From: an uncultured Chloroflexia bacterium
GTDB taxonomy: Bacteria; Chloroflexota; Limnocylindria; Limnocylindrales; CSP1-4
Reading direction: 5' to 3'
DNA: 64,000 nt
Assembly: GCA_963748625.1 (NCBI GenBank)
Contig: CAVVJT010000003.1
Location: 270,952 to 334,951 of the forward strand
Positions 50,644-60,244 of the stretch are shown one piece after another. A program made the position numbers and the translations under genes. The notes beneath the pieces were generated by a model. The model saw only the letters and a list, made by a program, of their open reading frames with translations, ran no database searches and was not told the origin of the DNA. Position 1 is the stretch's first letter, and each line of letters begins with the position of its first letter.

Positions 50644-51413
50644 GACCCGGGCTCCCCGATGCGGCCGGGATCTGCGCTCAAGTCGTCCAACTCGATCCGG
50701 GATAGCCGGCCGGAGAAGAACCGGCGCTGATCCTCGAGCCAGAGGAGATCGCTCCGCGATAGGGCGTCTCGGAAGTGGAACAGGCCGTTTCGGATCTCAC
50801 CGATCCTCTCGAGCCGGGCGCCCACGCTTGCCCCGAAGACCTCCCGGAACTGTTCCTTCGTAATGGGGTTGGACACGATGGTGGCGTAGTCGCCGAAGGT
50901 GAGCCGGTCAATGGAATTGGGCGCTGGGCGTGGCGCGTACTTTGAGCCCAGGACCTGCGCGAAGGTCGGGCCTCGGGTGTCGGCAGGGAGCAGCCGGGCG
51001 ATGGCCTCACGCACGGCCCGCTCGATTTCCGAGATGAGCAGGAAGGGGTGCGCGAAGTTCGCAAGCATGCGCAGAGTCAGGACACCCTTGACGTCCCGTT
51101 CATCGCCAACGAGGACGATCCCCGTCCTGCTGAGCTTGTTGAACAGCACCTCGAGCGTCTCGTCGCTTCGGAAGTACTCCGCGTTGGTGATCCATTCATC
51201 AACCACGTCACCGCGTTTCGGAAACCGGGACCTGCCCACGTTGTCCACAAGCCGGCGAAGTGAGAACACCCCGACCACCGAATCGCCATCGACAACAAGG
51301 GCACTCTCGGCGTCGGCCACCGCGAGTGCTTCCATTGCGTCGCCGAGACTCATGGCGCTTCCCACTCGGATGGGTGCGTCTTGCCCCAGGAGTGGGTTCA
51401 GGTCGAGGTCCAA
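50640..51413 (-). CDS. CBS-pair plus Swt1-like HEPN protein
   Basis: GGAG RBS before TTG 51413; CBS (LVVDGDSVVGVFS, LVGDERDVKGVLT); PFLLISEIERAVR, LTFGDY, IRNGLFH (RxxxxH). Confidence 0.8.
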   Translation of the reverse strand: MDLDLNPLLGQDAPIRVGSAMSLGDAMEALAVADAESALVVDGDSVVGVFSLRRLVDNVGRSRFPKRGDVVDEWITNAEYFRSDETLEVLFNKLSRTGIVLVGDERDVKGVLTLRMLANFAHPFLLISEIERAVREAIARLLPADTRGPTFAQVLGSKYAPRPAPNSIDRLTFGDYATIVSNPITKEQFREVFGASVGARLERIGEIRNGLFHFRDALSRSDLLWLEDQRRFFSGRLSRIELDDLSADPGRIGEPGS

Positions 51414-51559
51414 GACTCGCTCCCCAGCCTGCGTGAGACTGACAGCCGGATCACATTCGAGGGTCCACCGAAGCCTCGATGGTCGAAGGTGACGGTAACC
51501 GATCCTCCGCGGACACGAGGCATGAATAAGGGCTCCGCTGAAGAGCCAGCGGGTGCCCC

Positions 51560-54500
51560 CTACGCCGGGGCGACGGGCTTGTCTTGGGCAAGCCCCTCCA
51601 GGTCCGCACCGAAGCCGTCGAGGTTCCAGAGGCGGATTCGGTTGCCGAGCGAGGACTGGAGTCGGCCCGGCAGTCGCTCGTCCGTGTAGCCGAGCCCCAC
51701 CGGATCCGTGAGGAGCTCGACCGGCAGGATGTGCCCGTAGTCGCCGAGCAGCTGGCCACCGTCGAACTGGTACGGGCCCGACGACGCGAACGAGCGACAG
51801 CCGGCCGCGTTCGGGCATGTGCAGCACAACGACGAGATCGCCGACCCGCATCCCGTCCGGCTGCGAGGTCAGCATCCGACGGTTGCCCCAGGCCTGCTGC
51901 TGCCAGTCGGAGAGCTTGTCGCCGGCGGCGACGCGTTCCGCGATGACCTCGAGGTCCATCTCCGGGTCCCAGCCCCAGCCCTGGCGGAGACGGCCGGCTT
52001 GGATCTCCGCCCACAGCTCGGCGCGGCGGTTCTGGTCAGTCCGCAGGGCCCAGTAGCGGGGCGGCCGGCTCGCCCCTGCACTGGTGTCCGCCTCGCTCGC
52101 AGCCCAGGTGTAGGTCCCGGGTCCGACCTGGTCGAAGACGCGCCCGTGGCGGCGGAGAACGCTGAGCACGGTCGCCATCGGGTCCTTGCCGCCAACCGGC
52201 CCCTGGCGCTGGGCGGCGTGCGCGATCTCGTAGTAGTGGACGCCGTGACGCTCCGGGTCGACGGCCCGCAGCCATTCATCGGCGATCGCGCGGATCTCCT
52301 CGCCGGTCAGCTGGACCGCGTCGCCTCGCTCACCGCCAGGCGCCGACGCAACCAGCTCGCGGAGCCGGGTCAGGAAGCCAGGCACGTCCTCCCGCTCGAG
52401 GGTCCCGTAGCCGTCGGGCCCGAGGGCTTCGCGCGCTGTGGCCTCGTCGATCCCCGGGAAGAACTCGGCGATCGCCGGCGCCCACCGGTAGATCGAGAAA
52501 CGACCTCCCTCGCTCGTCTGCGGCCAGACGGTGAACAGCATCCGCGTCTTGTTGGCACGCGGGGCGATCATCACGCTGCTCGCATGCGGCCGAGGCGTCG
52601 AGCCCGAGCTCGATCGCCGTGGCGACGATCGCCCGCACCTCGTGCGCGAGGCCTGCTCGCTCCGCCAGCGCGAAGACGGACGCATAGCGGTCGTCACTCA
52701 CGGCGAGGTCCAGGCTCGCCGTCTCCGGCTCCTCGGCTTCGACCGCCTTCAGGTCGACCGCATCTCCGAGGCTGAGGTGGTCCCAGAGATTGGCGACCGA
52801 GGCCTCCACGAACAAGTCGGGGTCGATCGCGGCAGACGGCGCGAAGAGCTCGAGCGAGGGGTAGTGGCCGAGGACAGTCTCGAAGATGCGACGGCTCCGC
52901 GCCTCGACGTACGCGCGGAAGTGCGGCATCGCCGCCTCGATCTCGTCGGCGGCGATGTGCCGCTCGGCTTCGAGCAGGTCCGCCCGTTCGGATGGGGTGA
53001 TCGCGGTGTGGTCGGTCGTCGGCCAGGATGAGGGCAGGTGGTGAGCCGCGTCCGGCAGGGTCTCGAGCAGCTCGAACTTCTTTGACGGGTACCTGTCCGA
53101 TGCGTGGTTGTTGATCGGCCGATCGAGTGCCCACAGGTTCCCGCCATTCCAGACGAGCCGACGGTCGGCGTGGTGGACGCGTCGGCCGGTGACCGGATGC
53201 GGGACGCGCATCTTGTTCGCCTTGGCCTGTGGGTAGATGTGGTCCCACTCGACCTGCCGGGCGCCGCCAGCCGGGTCGTCGGCGTACCGTGGAGGCATCG
53301 CGAACGGGATCTGCTGGACGATCGAGAGGAAGAGCCCGGCGTTCCGGTCGACGAAGTGCCGGCGCTGACTGTCATCGTCGATCGAGGCGACGAAGTTCTG
53401 CCCTCGCCGCAGCCCATGCCAGTTGCGGCGGGCTCCCGCCACGATCTGCTCGATCGGGAACGGCTGCGCAGCGGCGCCAGCCGCCACGGCCTCCGCGAAC
53501 CCCAGGCGCAGGAACCCCTCGCGGAAGACCGACGGGTAGCGGAACGCGTGGGCGCCGATGAGGTAGCTCTCCACCGACAGCGAGGTGTGGCCGGACCGCG
53601 TCCTCGGCATCGGCCGCCGGGTTCACCGCAGCCCAGGCGAAGACGTGATCGAACAGCCCGTCGTCGATGAGCCCGAGGCCATGGCCGATGGCCGACTCGG
53701 TCGTGAGGAGACGCCCGAGGACGCCGATCCGGGCGAGCACGGGACTGTCGTCGGCGGCGAGGCGCTCCATCATCGCGACGAGCTGCCTGCCCTTCGCACC
53801 GTTGAGCCGGTCGACCCGCAGGGGCAGCAGATCCTCGCTCGATCGGGCGCGACTCGCGAGACGGGCGAGCAGCCGCAGCGCGGTCATCCGGTTCAGGAGC
53901 GGCGACGCTGACGCGACCCTGTCGAGGTGCTCTTCGGCGTTGGGCCACTCGGTCTTCACCGCGGCGAAGAAGACGTCCTCGCCGTCGAGCCGGACGCCGG
54001 CAAGGTTGATCCTCGAGAAGACCTGGAGGACATCCGACGGGCTGTCGACCGTGAAGTACTGGACAGGAATCGACGGCTCGGCCCAGGCGCGAAGCAGCCG
54101 CGCGGTCCGGTCCGCGGCGATCTTGAGCTCGTTGGCCGGCAGCTCGTCCGCGAAAGCGGGATCGATGTCATTGAGGATCTCGATCGCGGCCTTCGGTTCC
54201 GTCTCAACCGACCGGGACATCGCGAGGACGTCGTCCGTCGCCTGCAGGGATGCCCATGCCTGGAGCCGCGCGAGCTCGATGAAGCGTTCCCGACCTTCGA
54301 GCGGCTCGGTACCGCCGGCGTCGTCTGATCTCCAGGAGATGTAGTCAAGGGCCCGCCGCGCGTCGCGCCGCCGGGTGACGACCTCCTCCGGGACACGTCG
54401 ACGAGTCATGTCCAGGTAGAAGCGCCCGAAGCGGGCGCGGTCGGTGAATAGCGCGATGAGGGCGTTCACTCGCTGCTGGCCATCCAGAAGTTGCCAGGTA

Positions 54501-54793
54501 CCCGCGCGGGCCTTCTCCGCGACCCTCGTGACGCCCGTCTCGCGCAGTACGTGCACCTCCTGCCGGACGCGGCACACGAGCAGCGATCCGATCGGGTACC
54601 CCGCGAGCAGCGAGTCGAGGAGGTGCGCCATCCGCACCTCGTCCCACACGAGGTGACGCTGGACAAGGGCGAGGCGCCACGGGTCGTGCTCGTCGAGGCG
54701 GAGGGCGATCAGCTCCGCGACCGAGGTTGACTCGACGTAGGCGTCGTGATCCCCACGGTCAAGCGGCAGGTTTCCGGCTATTCCATCAGCCAT
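51560..54793 (-). CDS. GmrSD-like DUF262-HNH protein with C-terminal HARE-HTH and RQGWG domains; about three frameshifts
   Basis: VQRHLVW, LLDSLLAGYPIGSLL, LLDGQQR, VFSRINLAG; EWDHIYPQ...NLWALDRPIN; GVHYYEI...GKDPMATV; YWALR...LRQGWG. Confidence 0.75.
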
Positions 54794-54872
54794 GCGTCCC
54801 CTTTCGCGATGCGCGTCCCTCGGCCACGGTCTCGGACTTGGCGGCCTCGGGCAGCAGAAGCCTTTCCTGGGG

Positions 54873-55955
54873 TCAGACGACCTTGTCGATCACCCACGCA
54901 TCAAAGCACGGCTGGAGGAACTCGAGCATCGCTCGGCCCTGGTCGATCATTAGTGCCTCCAGATCCGCTGCCGGGCCGTCCCATGCCTCCTCGTGCCGGA
55001 CCCACCGGTCAGCCTGAAGGGGGAGGTCCCCGAGCCCATCGATCCGCACGACGCCGCTCGCGGTCAGGTCACTCCAGGCTGCTGTGACCGCCGGCGACTT
55101 CCAGCCCGCGCGCGACAGCGAGAACTCCGCCTGAACGATGGCCCGGACACGGCCGTCCTCAACGACATTGACCAGGTGCGACGTGGCGGGGTCAACGGCG
55201 AAGCGGAGGGTAAGCCACGCAGAAACGGGTCCCCGTACGGTGTAGATCGCCTCCTGGGCCATGCTCGGCCACCGGCTGAATTCGGCGTTGGGCACCTGGG
55301 CGGCGAGCGCCTGACGCACCGACTTGGAGATCCACCGAACCACATCGCGCTGCGTGTCGGGCGGCAGGGCGCGTGTCGCATCGTCGATCGCGCGGCGGAC
55401 TTCCCGCATCCCTGTGTGCGCGAACCAGTCATCGGGCGGGCACAGTTTGCTGATGAGCCTTTCCACCTGGCCCCAGTCGAGGGCAGCCGCATCGTCCGGG
55501 ACCAATCGGCCGGCTCGCGCCATGAACGCAGCGCTGCGCTTGACGAGGTCCACCTCGCTGGTGGCGAGCTCCGCGTACGGCGCCAAGTAGAGGGCAAGGA
55601 TCCGACGATCACCCCACGTCGCGAGCGCGGCCTCGTAGTACTGGAGCAGCTGGCCATGGCGCTTGGCACTCGGCGCAACCTTGTTCTCGATGAGCACGAC
55701 GGTCTTGGATGACTTGAGGGTGATGTCGATGCTGCCGGTCCCCGTTTCTCCCCGCAGCACCGGGGACGTCCAGGGCTCGATGTTCTCAACGCGGATCTCG
55801 TCCCACGACTCGTCAGTGCTCAGGGTCGGATCGACGGGGACGCCGCCGAGGAGCTCGAGCCGAAAGGCTGTGTTGCTTTCGAGGAGCGTCGCCAAGAACG
55901 CCGATGACGCGTTCTCCCGGCTCTGCTGGCCGTCGAAGAAGTGCTTGAGATCCAT
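54873..55955 (-). CDS. PD-(D/E)XK nuclease family protein
   Basis: RENASSAFLA...IDITL...VLIENKV...GQLLQY...LYLAP. Confidence 0.85.
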   Translation of the reverse strand: MDLKHFFDGQQSRENASSAFLATLLESNTAFRLELLGGVPVDPTLSTDESWDEIRVENIEPWTSPVLRGETGTGSIDITLKSSKTVVLIENKVAPSAKRHGQLLQYYEAALATWGDRRILALYLAPYAELATSEVDLVKRSAAFMARAGRLVPDDAAALDWGQVERLISKLCPPDDWFAHTGMREVRRAIDDATRALPPDTQRDVVRWISKSVRQALAAQVPNAEFSRWPSMAQEAIYTVRGPVSAWLTLRFAVDPATSHLVNVVEDGRVRAIVQAEFSLSRAGWKSPAVTAAWSDLTASGVVRIDGLGDLPLQADRWVRHEEAWDGPAADLEALMIDQGRAMLEFLQPCFDAWVIDKVV

Positions 55956-56070
55956 ATGTGATCTGCCCCCGCTTTGAGCGTTCGGTACGAGTCAGGTCGT
56001 CCGGAGAGCATGAACGGCCGGGCAGTTCTCTGGAGATCCGGTTGGCACATCAAGAACGGGCCGTGGCCAC

Positions 56071-56232
56071 TCACTGGACGCGCTTTGGCGCCTTGATCGT
56101 CCCCTGCTCTCCTTCGAGGACGATCTCCTGTACCCAGGCCGGCAGCGCCTCGAAGCTGGAGGCTCGCTCGACCTCGTGCACGAATGCGAGGTGGGCCTCG
56201 AGGTTGAGCCGTCGGACTGCGTCTGTCGCCAT
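56071..56232 (-). CDS. Small hypothetical protein
   Basis: MATDAVRRL...LPAWVQEIVLEGE; start uncertain. Confidence 0.35.
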   Translation of the reverse strand: MATDAVRRLNLEAHLAFVHEVERASSFEALPAWVQEIVLEGEQGTIKAPKRVQ

Positions 56233-56264
56233 GACGAGTGCAACTCGCCGGCTGAGCTGTGGAT

Positions 56265-56597
56265 TCAATCGCTTGACTCCGACGGCTTCTCTGCTGGGAC
56301 GACCGCGAGCCTGAACCTCGGGTCGTGGGTGTGAAGGAAGAGTGCTGCACTTCCCTGGGCTCGGTAGCCCAGCCGTTCGCCACAGCGGTGACAGCGAGGG
56401 TGTCGGACGAGCCGGCCCTCGGGAACGACCGCGGTGGGCAGACGTACTCGGCATACCGGGCTGACGGTCTCTCGGGTGGCTCGGAGCGATCGCCGAGTGG
56501 CTGCAGGAACGGCGTGGAGCATTCGTCCGGCGGCTATTGCAGGGTCGTCCTCGAACGATGAGGGACCGTTCGCCGGCGAGTTCGTGGGCTCGTTCAT
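56265..56597 (-). CDS. Small hypothetical protein with CxxC
   Basis: ATGA overlap with the exonuclease stop; CHRCG. Confidence 0.45.
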   Translation of the reverse strand: MNEPTNSPANGPSSFEDDPAIAAGRMLHAVPAATRRSLRATRETVSPVCRVRLPTAVVPEGRLVRHPRCHRCGERLGYRAQGSAALFLHTHDPRFRLAVVPAEKPSESSD

Positions 56598-57427
56598 GAC
56601 GCCGCCGGCAGCGCATCCGGGCAGGCCGCCCGGTACTCGCACCAGCGGCATGCCGACCCGACGCGCGGCGCGAACTCCCGGCGGCGGATGGCCCCGACCT
56701 CGGCGACCAGGCCGGCACCGAAGGCATCGAGCTCCTCGGCCGACCGGGTGGTCCAGACCATGAGCCCGGGCTCGGCGAAGTGGAGCCCGAGGCGGGCCGC
56801 GGCGGGCAGGATCTCGCCGGTCGCCGGGTCGCGCAGGGCGCCGCGGGCGCAGGCGAAGGCGTAGGCCGTGAGCTGGCGGTCCCGGTCTACCTCGTCCTGG
56901 GATCGCAGCTTCCCGGTCTTGTGGTCGATGACCTCGATGGCGCCGTCGGACCGGCGGTCGATGCGGTCGATGTAGCCGACGAAGCGCACCGGGATCTCGT
57001 CGCCCGGACCGGGACGTCCACGCCGAAGCCGAGTTCCACGGCGACGGGCTCCGCGTCCGACGTGACGGCCCGCTCGAGGTACGCCGGCAGGACGGGCTCG
57101 CTGCGGGCGCGGTAGCGGGCGGCCTCGTCGGGCTCGCACCCGGCGGCATCGACGGCCTCGCTCGAAGGCATGCGCGAGGACGTTGTAGCCGGGTGCCGGC
57201 ATGTCGTCTCGCCGGACGCGGATCCTCGCCCGGTCGAACGCCTCGAAGGCGCGGTGGACGGCGGACCCGAAGGTGAACCACCAGTGGGGCACCTCGCCGG
57301 GCAGGCGCTCCACGTAGCGGAAGGCGTACCGGCGCGGGCACGCGGCATAGGTCGAGAGCGACGAGTGACTCTCGCGTGCCGGCAGCGGCAGGGTGGCAAG
57401 GTCGGCGGGAGCAGTGGTGTCGATCAC
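56594..57427 (-). CDS. RecB/Cas4-like PD-(D/E)XK exonuclease (Fe-S type); frameshifts near 57165 and 57010
   Basis: SHSSLSTYAACPRRY, FGSAVH, GYIDRID, VIDHKTGK, QLTAY, CRWCEYRAACP. Confidence 0.9.
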   Translation of the reverse strand: MIDTTAPADLATLPLPARESHSSLSTYAACPRRYAFRYVERLPGEVPHWWFTFGSAVHRAFEAFDRARIRVRRDDMPAPGYNVLAHAFERGRRCRRVRARRGRPLPRPQRARPAGVPRAGRHVGRGARRRGTRLRRGRPGPGDEIPVRFVGYIDRIDRRSDGAIEVIDHKTGKLRSQDEVDRDRQLTAYAFACARGALRDPATGEILPAAARLGLHFAEPGLMVWTTRSAEELDAFGAGLVAEVGAIRRREFAPRVGSACRWCEYRAACPDALPAAS

Positions 57428-57534
57428 GGGAGGATCGTCACCCCGAGTTGTGTCAGCTCTGATGGCATCGCGAGACCATGGCTCATGCTGCCCATGTCCC
57501 ACGTAGCCCCGCCTATCATCGCCGCAGGAGGTGG

Positions 57535-57772
57535 ATGATGGCCGGACGGCGCTGGACCGAGGCTGAGTACCGGGCGCTCTTCGACAGCTTCCCGCCGTCA
57601 GGCGGCGGTCCCAGGGGCGACGACCTCGATCAATTGGCCCGCCACCTCGACCGGACGAGGGATGCCGTTGCCTGGCAATGGCAGGATGCCCACCGCTACT
57701 GCTGCGGGCCTGTCCACGACGGCAGCGCCAGTCCTCATGGGGTACCTCGATCGACTCGGACTCTGCCGGTAG
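57535..57772 (+). CDS. Small HTH/Myb-like protein (end uncertain, probable frameshift)
   Basis: AGGAGG RBS; RRWTEAEYRALF...LARHLDRTRDAVAWQW. Confidence 0.55.
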
Positions 57773-57831
57773 GGACAATGGGATCAGCCGACGCGATTCT
57801 CCGCATCGACCTGTCACCGATCGACGCTCGC

Positions 57832-58302
57832 GGGGGTTCTCTAACAAGGGGGCGGTTGCGCAGACAACTGTGCATGGCGAGCCGTAGGACGAGTAGCGAG
57901 TCGGTCGGTCCCTTGCGTCTGCGGCGTGACGAGCCGAGACTCGGAGCATGAGTACGGACGAGGTCGTGGACGCAGGGAACGCCAGGCTGCGAACGGTCAG
58001 GGGTCTCGAGGTGACACTGGCACGTAGGACGCCAGCCCTGCACCTCGACGATCACGCGCGTCCCACAGGAGGGCACCTGGAACTCGACGCGGGCACGCGC
58101 GTCCGGTATGTCGAGACCCGCTATGACGCGATGAGGCTCGACCAGGCATTCCACACGGTGAAGGTGATGTCCGGCCCCGCGACGGGAACGTGGGCCGGCC
58201 TCCTCGATGTGGTCGGCCCCGGACCGCTGCCCTGGGAGCGATAGGCGCTCCCGACGGCGAAGACCGGTTGCAGCCGCAACCGCCCCACAGATAGAGAACC
58301 CC
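57832..58302. mobile_element. Inverted-repeat-bounded gene cassette 2 with 9-bp flanking direct repeat
   Basis: GGGGTTCTCTAACAAGGGGGCGGTTGCGCAGACAAC and reverse complement GGGGTTCTCTATCTGTGGGGCGGTTGCGGCTGCAAC; GACGCTCGC at 57823..57831 and 58303..58311. Confidence 0.8.
57948..58244 (+). CDS. Small protein of a repeated unrecognised family (copy 4; passenger of cassette 2)
   Basis: GGAG RBS; LDAGTRVRY...VKVMSGPATG. Confidence 0.7.
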   Translation: MSTDEVVDAGNARLRTVRGLEVTLARRTPALHLDDHARPTGGHLELDAGTRVRYVETRYDAMRLDQAFHTVKVMSGPATGTWAGLLDVVGPGPLPWER

Positions 58303-58319
58303 GACGCTCGCCTCGTGCG

Positions 58320-58871
58320 TCAAGGACGGTTGATAAGTCCGACGTCTTCGTCTCCTGCGATGCGGCGCCCTGCGCCCACGTCGATCCCTACCAGCGTCAC
58401 CTCGGGTGCCCTGCTCGCCCGCGCCGCCCAGATCCCGTCATCGGCCAGTTGGGCGAGGAGACGCGGCGACGCACCGGCGAAGGCCCGTGCTGCAGCCATC
58501 GTTGTCCAGACGCCATGGTTCTCGGGCGGTCGCTCCATCGCCGTCCGGACCGATGCGGCGAACCGGCGAAGCTCGTCGTCATCCGCGAGGCGGGCAATCA
58601 CCAGGAACTCGTCCCCGCCGACGCGATAGGCGGGCCACGGGGCGGCGGCGACCTCGAGGCGATGCGCTATCTCGACGAGGACGGCCTCGCTGGCAGCGAA
58701 TCCGTGGTCGTCGTTCACCCGTTTGAAGCCACGGAGATCCACGCGCAGGAAGACCGCGTCCGGGGGCATCGCGGCGAGCCAGGTCGGCACATGCGTGCGG
58801 AACAGCCCCGTCGCCGGGTCCAGCTCGTCGGTAGTCACTGCTTCAGTCTTCACCAATCGTGCTTGACGCAC
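58320..58871 (-). CDS. Stand-alone GGDEF domain protein
   Basis: DPATGL, VDLRGFKRVNDDHG, YRVGGDEF, QLADDGIWAAR. Confidence 0.85.
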   Translation of the reverse strand: MRQARLVKTEAVTTDELDPATGLFRTHVPTWLAAMPPDAVFLRVDLRGFKRVNDDHGFAASEAVLVEIAHRLEVAAAPWPAYRVGGDEFLVIARLADDDELRRFAASVRTAMERPPENHGVWTTMAAARAFAGASPRLLAQLADDGIWAARASRAPEVTLVGIDVGAGRRIAGDEDVGLINRP

Positions 58872-58991
58872 AAGACGCTCGCCTTGCTTGGACAGCCCGT
58901 CACGTGGACAGAGTCCGCGACCTGACGGATGGCTGGATCGCCGAGGTGGGCATGATCACCTGACCTGGCCCACTTTCGGCCAGTGCGATCA

Positions 58992-59997
58992 GGCGGAATC
59001 GGGCGAACGTCGCAACACCCATGAGGAGTTGCGATGGGCCGCCGAGGGACGTGTCCCGACCATGACAAGAGCGAGGCGTTCGCCCGGCTGATCGCCGAGG
59101 GCGTCCCTTCGGCCCGGGCGTCGCGGATCGTCGGCATCAACCCGCGCGCCGGCAAGCGCTCGCGGAACGGCATGCGGCTCGCGTCCGGCGGCCGTGTGCT
59201 GGACTTGGCGCCCGTGATCACCACCCCACCGACCAAGCACTACTCGCCGCGCTACCTGTCCGAGGACGAGCGCGTGCACCTCGCCGACCTGCGCCGCGAG
59301 GGGCGGTCCATGCGCGAGATCGGCGCGCTCATGACACGCTCCCCATCGACGATCAGCCGTGAGCTCGGGCGGGGCGCGGACGACCACGGGCGGTTCCGGC
59401 CGTTCGAGGCGCACCGGAGGGCGCTCGGGCGCCGCCGCCTGAACCGTCCCAGCCGCCTGTCCTTGGACGCCGTGTTGCGCGACTGGGTCGCAGGCAGGCT
59501 CAAGGCCCACTGGAGCCCGGAGCAGGTCTCCCGCCGGCTGCGCGACGAGTTTCCAGGCCAACCCGGACGCTGGCTGTGCGCCGAGACGATCTACCAGGCG
59601 GTGTACCGCCCCGACCTCGGCGGCCTGCCCCGAAAGCTTCCGGGCCGGGTGCTGCGCCTCCGCCGACGTCGCCGCCCGCGCCGGCGGGACGCGCGGGCCA
59701 GGCGCTCCGGCCCGGTCGCCGGCATGACAGCGATCGGCGAGCGACCGGCCGAGGCCCTCGGGCGCGAGCAGCCGGGGCACTGGGATGGCGACCTGATCGT
59801 GGGCACGGGGCACGTGTCCGCGATCGTCTGCCTGGTCGAGCGCACCACGAGGTACACCCTGCTGGGCCACCTGCCCGGCGCCCGCCGCGACTCCGCGACC
59901 GTGCGCGACGCCGTCGTGGCGGCCCTCGGCGGCCTGCCGCCCGAACTGCGCCGGACCCTCGCCTGGGACCAGGGCGCTGAGATGGCCGGCACTGGCC
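58992..59997 (+). mobile_element. IS30-family element with 3'-truncated transposase (CDS from 59034)
   Basis: RYLSEDERVHL, RSPSTISREL, WSPEQVS, ETIYQAVY, PGHWDGDLIVG, LVERTTRY, WDQGAEMA, then homology stops. Confidence 0.88.
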
Positions 59998-60222
59998 AAC
60001 TCGACGAGACGCGGACACTCGGCTCACGGGTGCCATGGAGCTGGGTATCCCGCGCCTCGTGCGAGCGCATCCGGTAGCTGTCGCCGTCGATGTTGAACAC
60101 AACCGAGCGATGGAGCAGCCGGTCGAGCATCACCGCGACGACCATCGGGTCAGCGGAGATGCGGCCTCAGGACGCGATGCCGAGGTTCGTGTGAGGATCA
60201 CCGAGCCACGCGGGTAGCGCTG
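59998..60222 (-). pseudogene. istB: IS21-family helper ATPase C-terminal remnant
   Basis: RGSVILT...AVMLDRLLHRSVVFNIDGDSYRMR. Confidence 0.85.
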
Positions 60223-60244
60223 GCCCGGTCGGCGGCTCGCGCAA

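Noticed and set aside
50640-52697. Single 685-aa protein
   Set aside because: It chains frameshifted parts of the GmrSD-like gene, an out-of-frame stretch and the CBS-HEPN gene, which has its own RBS at 51413.
56594-57427. Cas4 of a CRISPR system
   Set aside because: No array or other cas genes; it fits a stand-alone RecB-family exonuclease.
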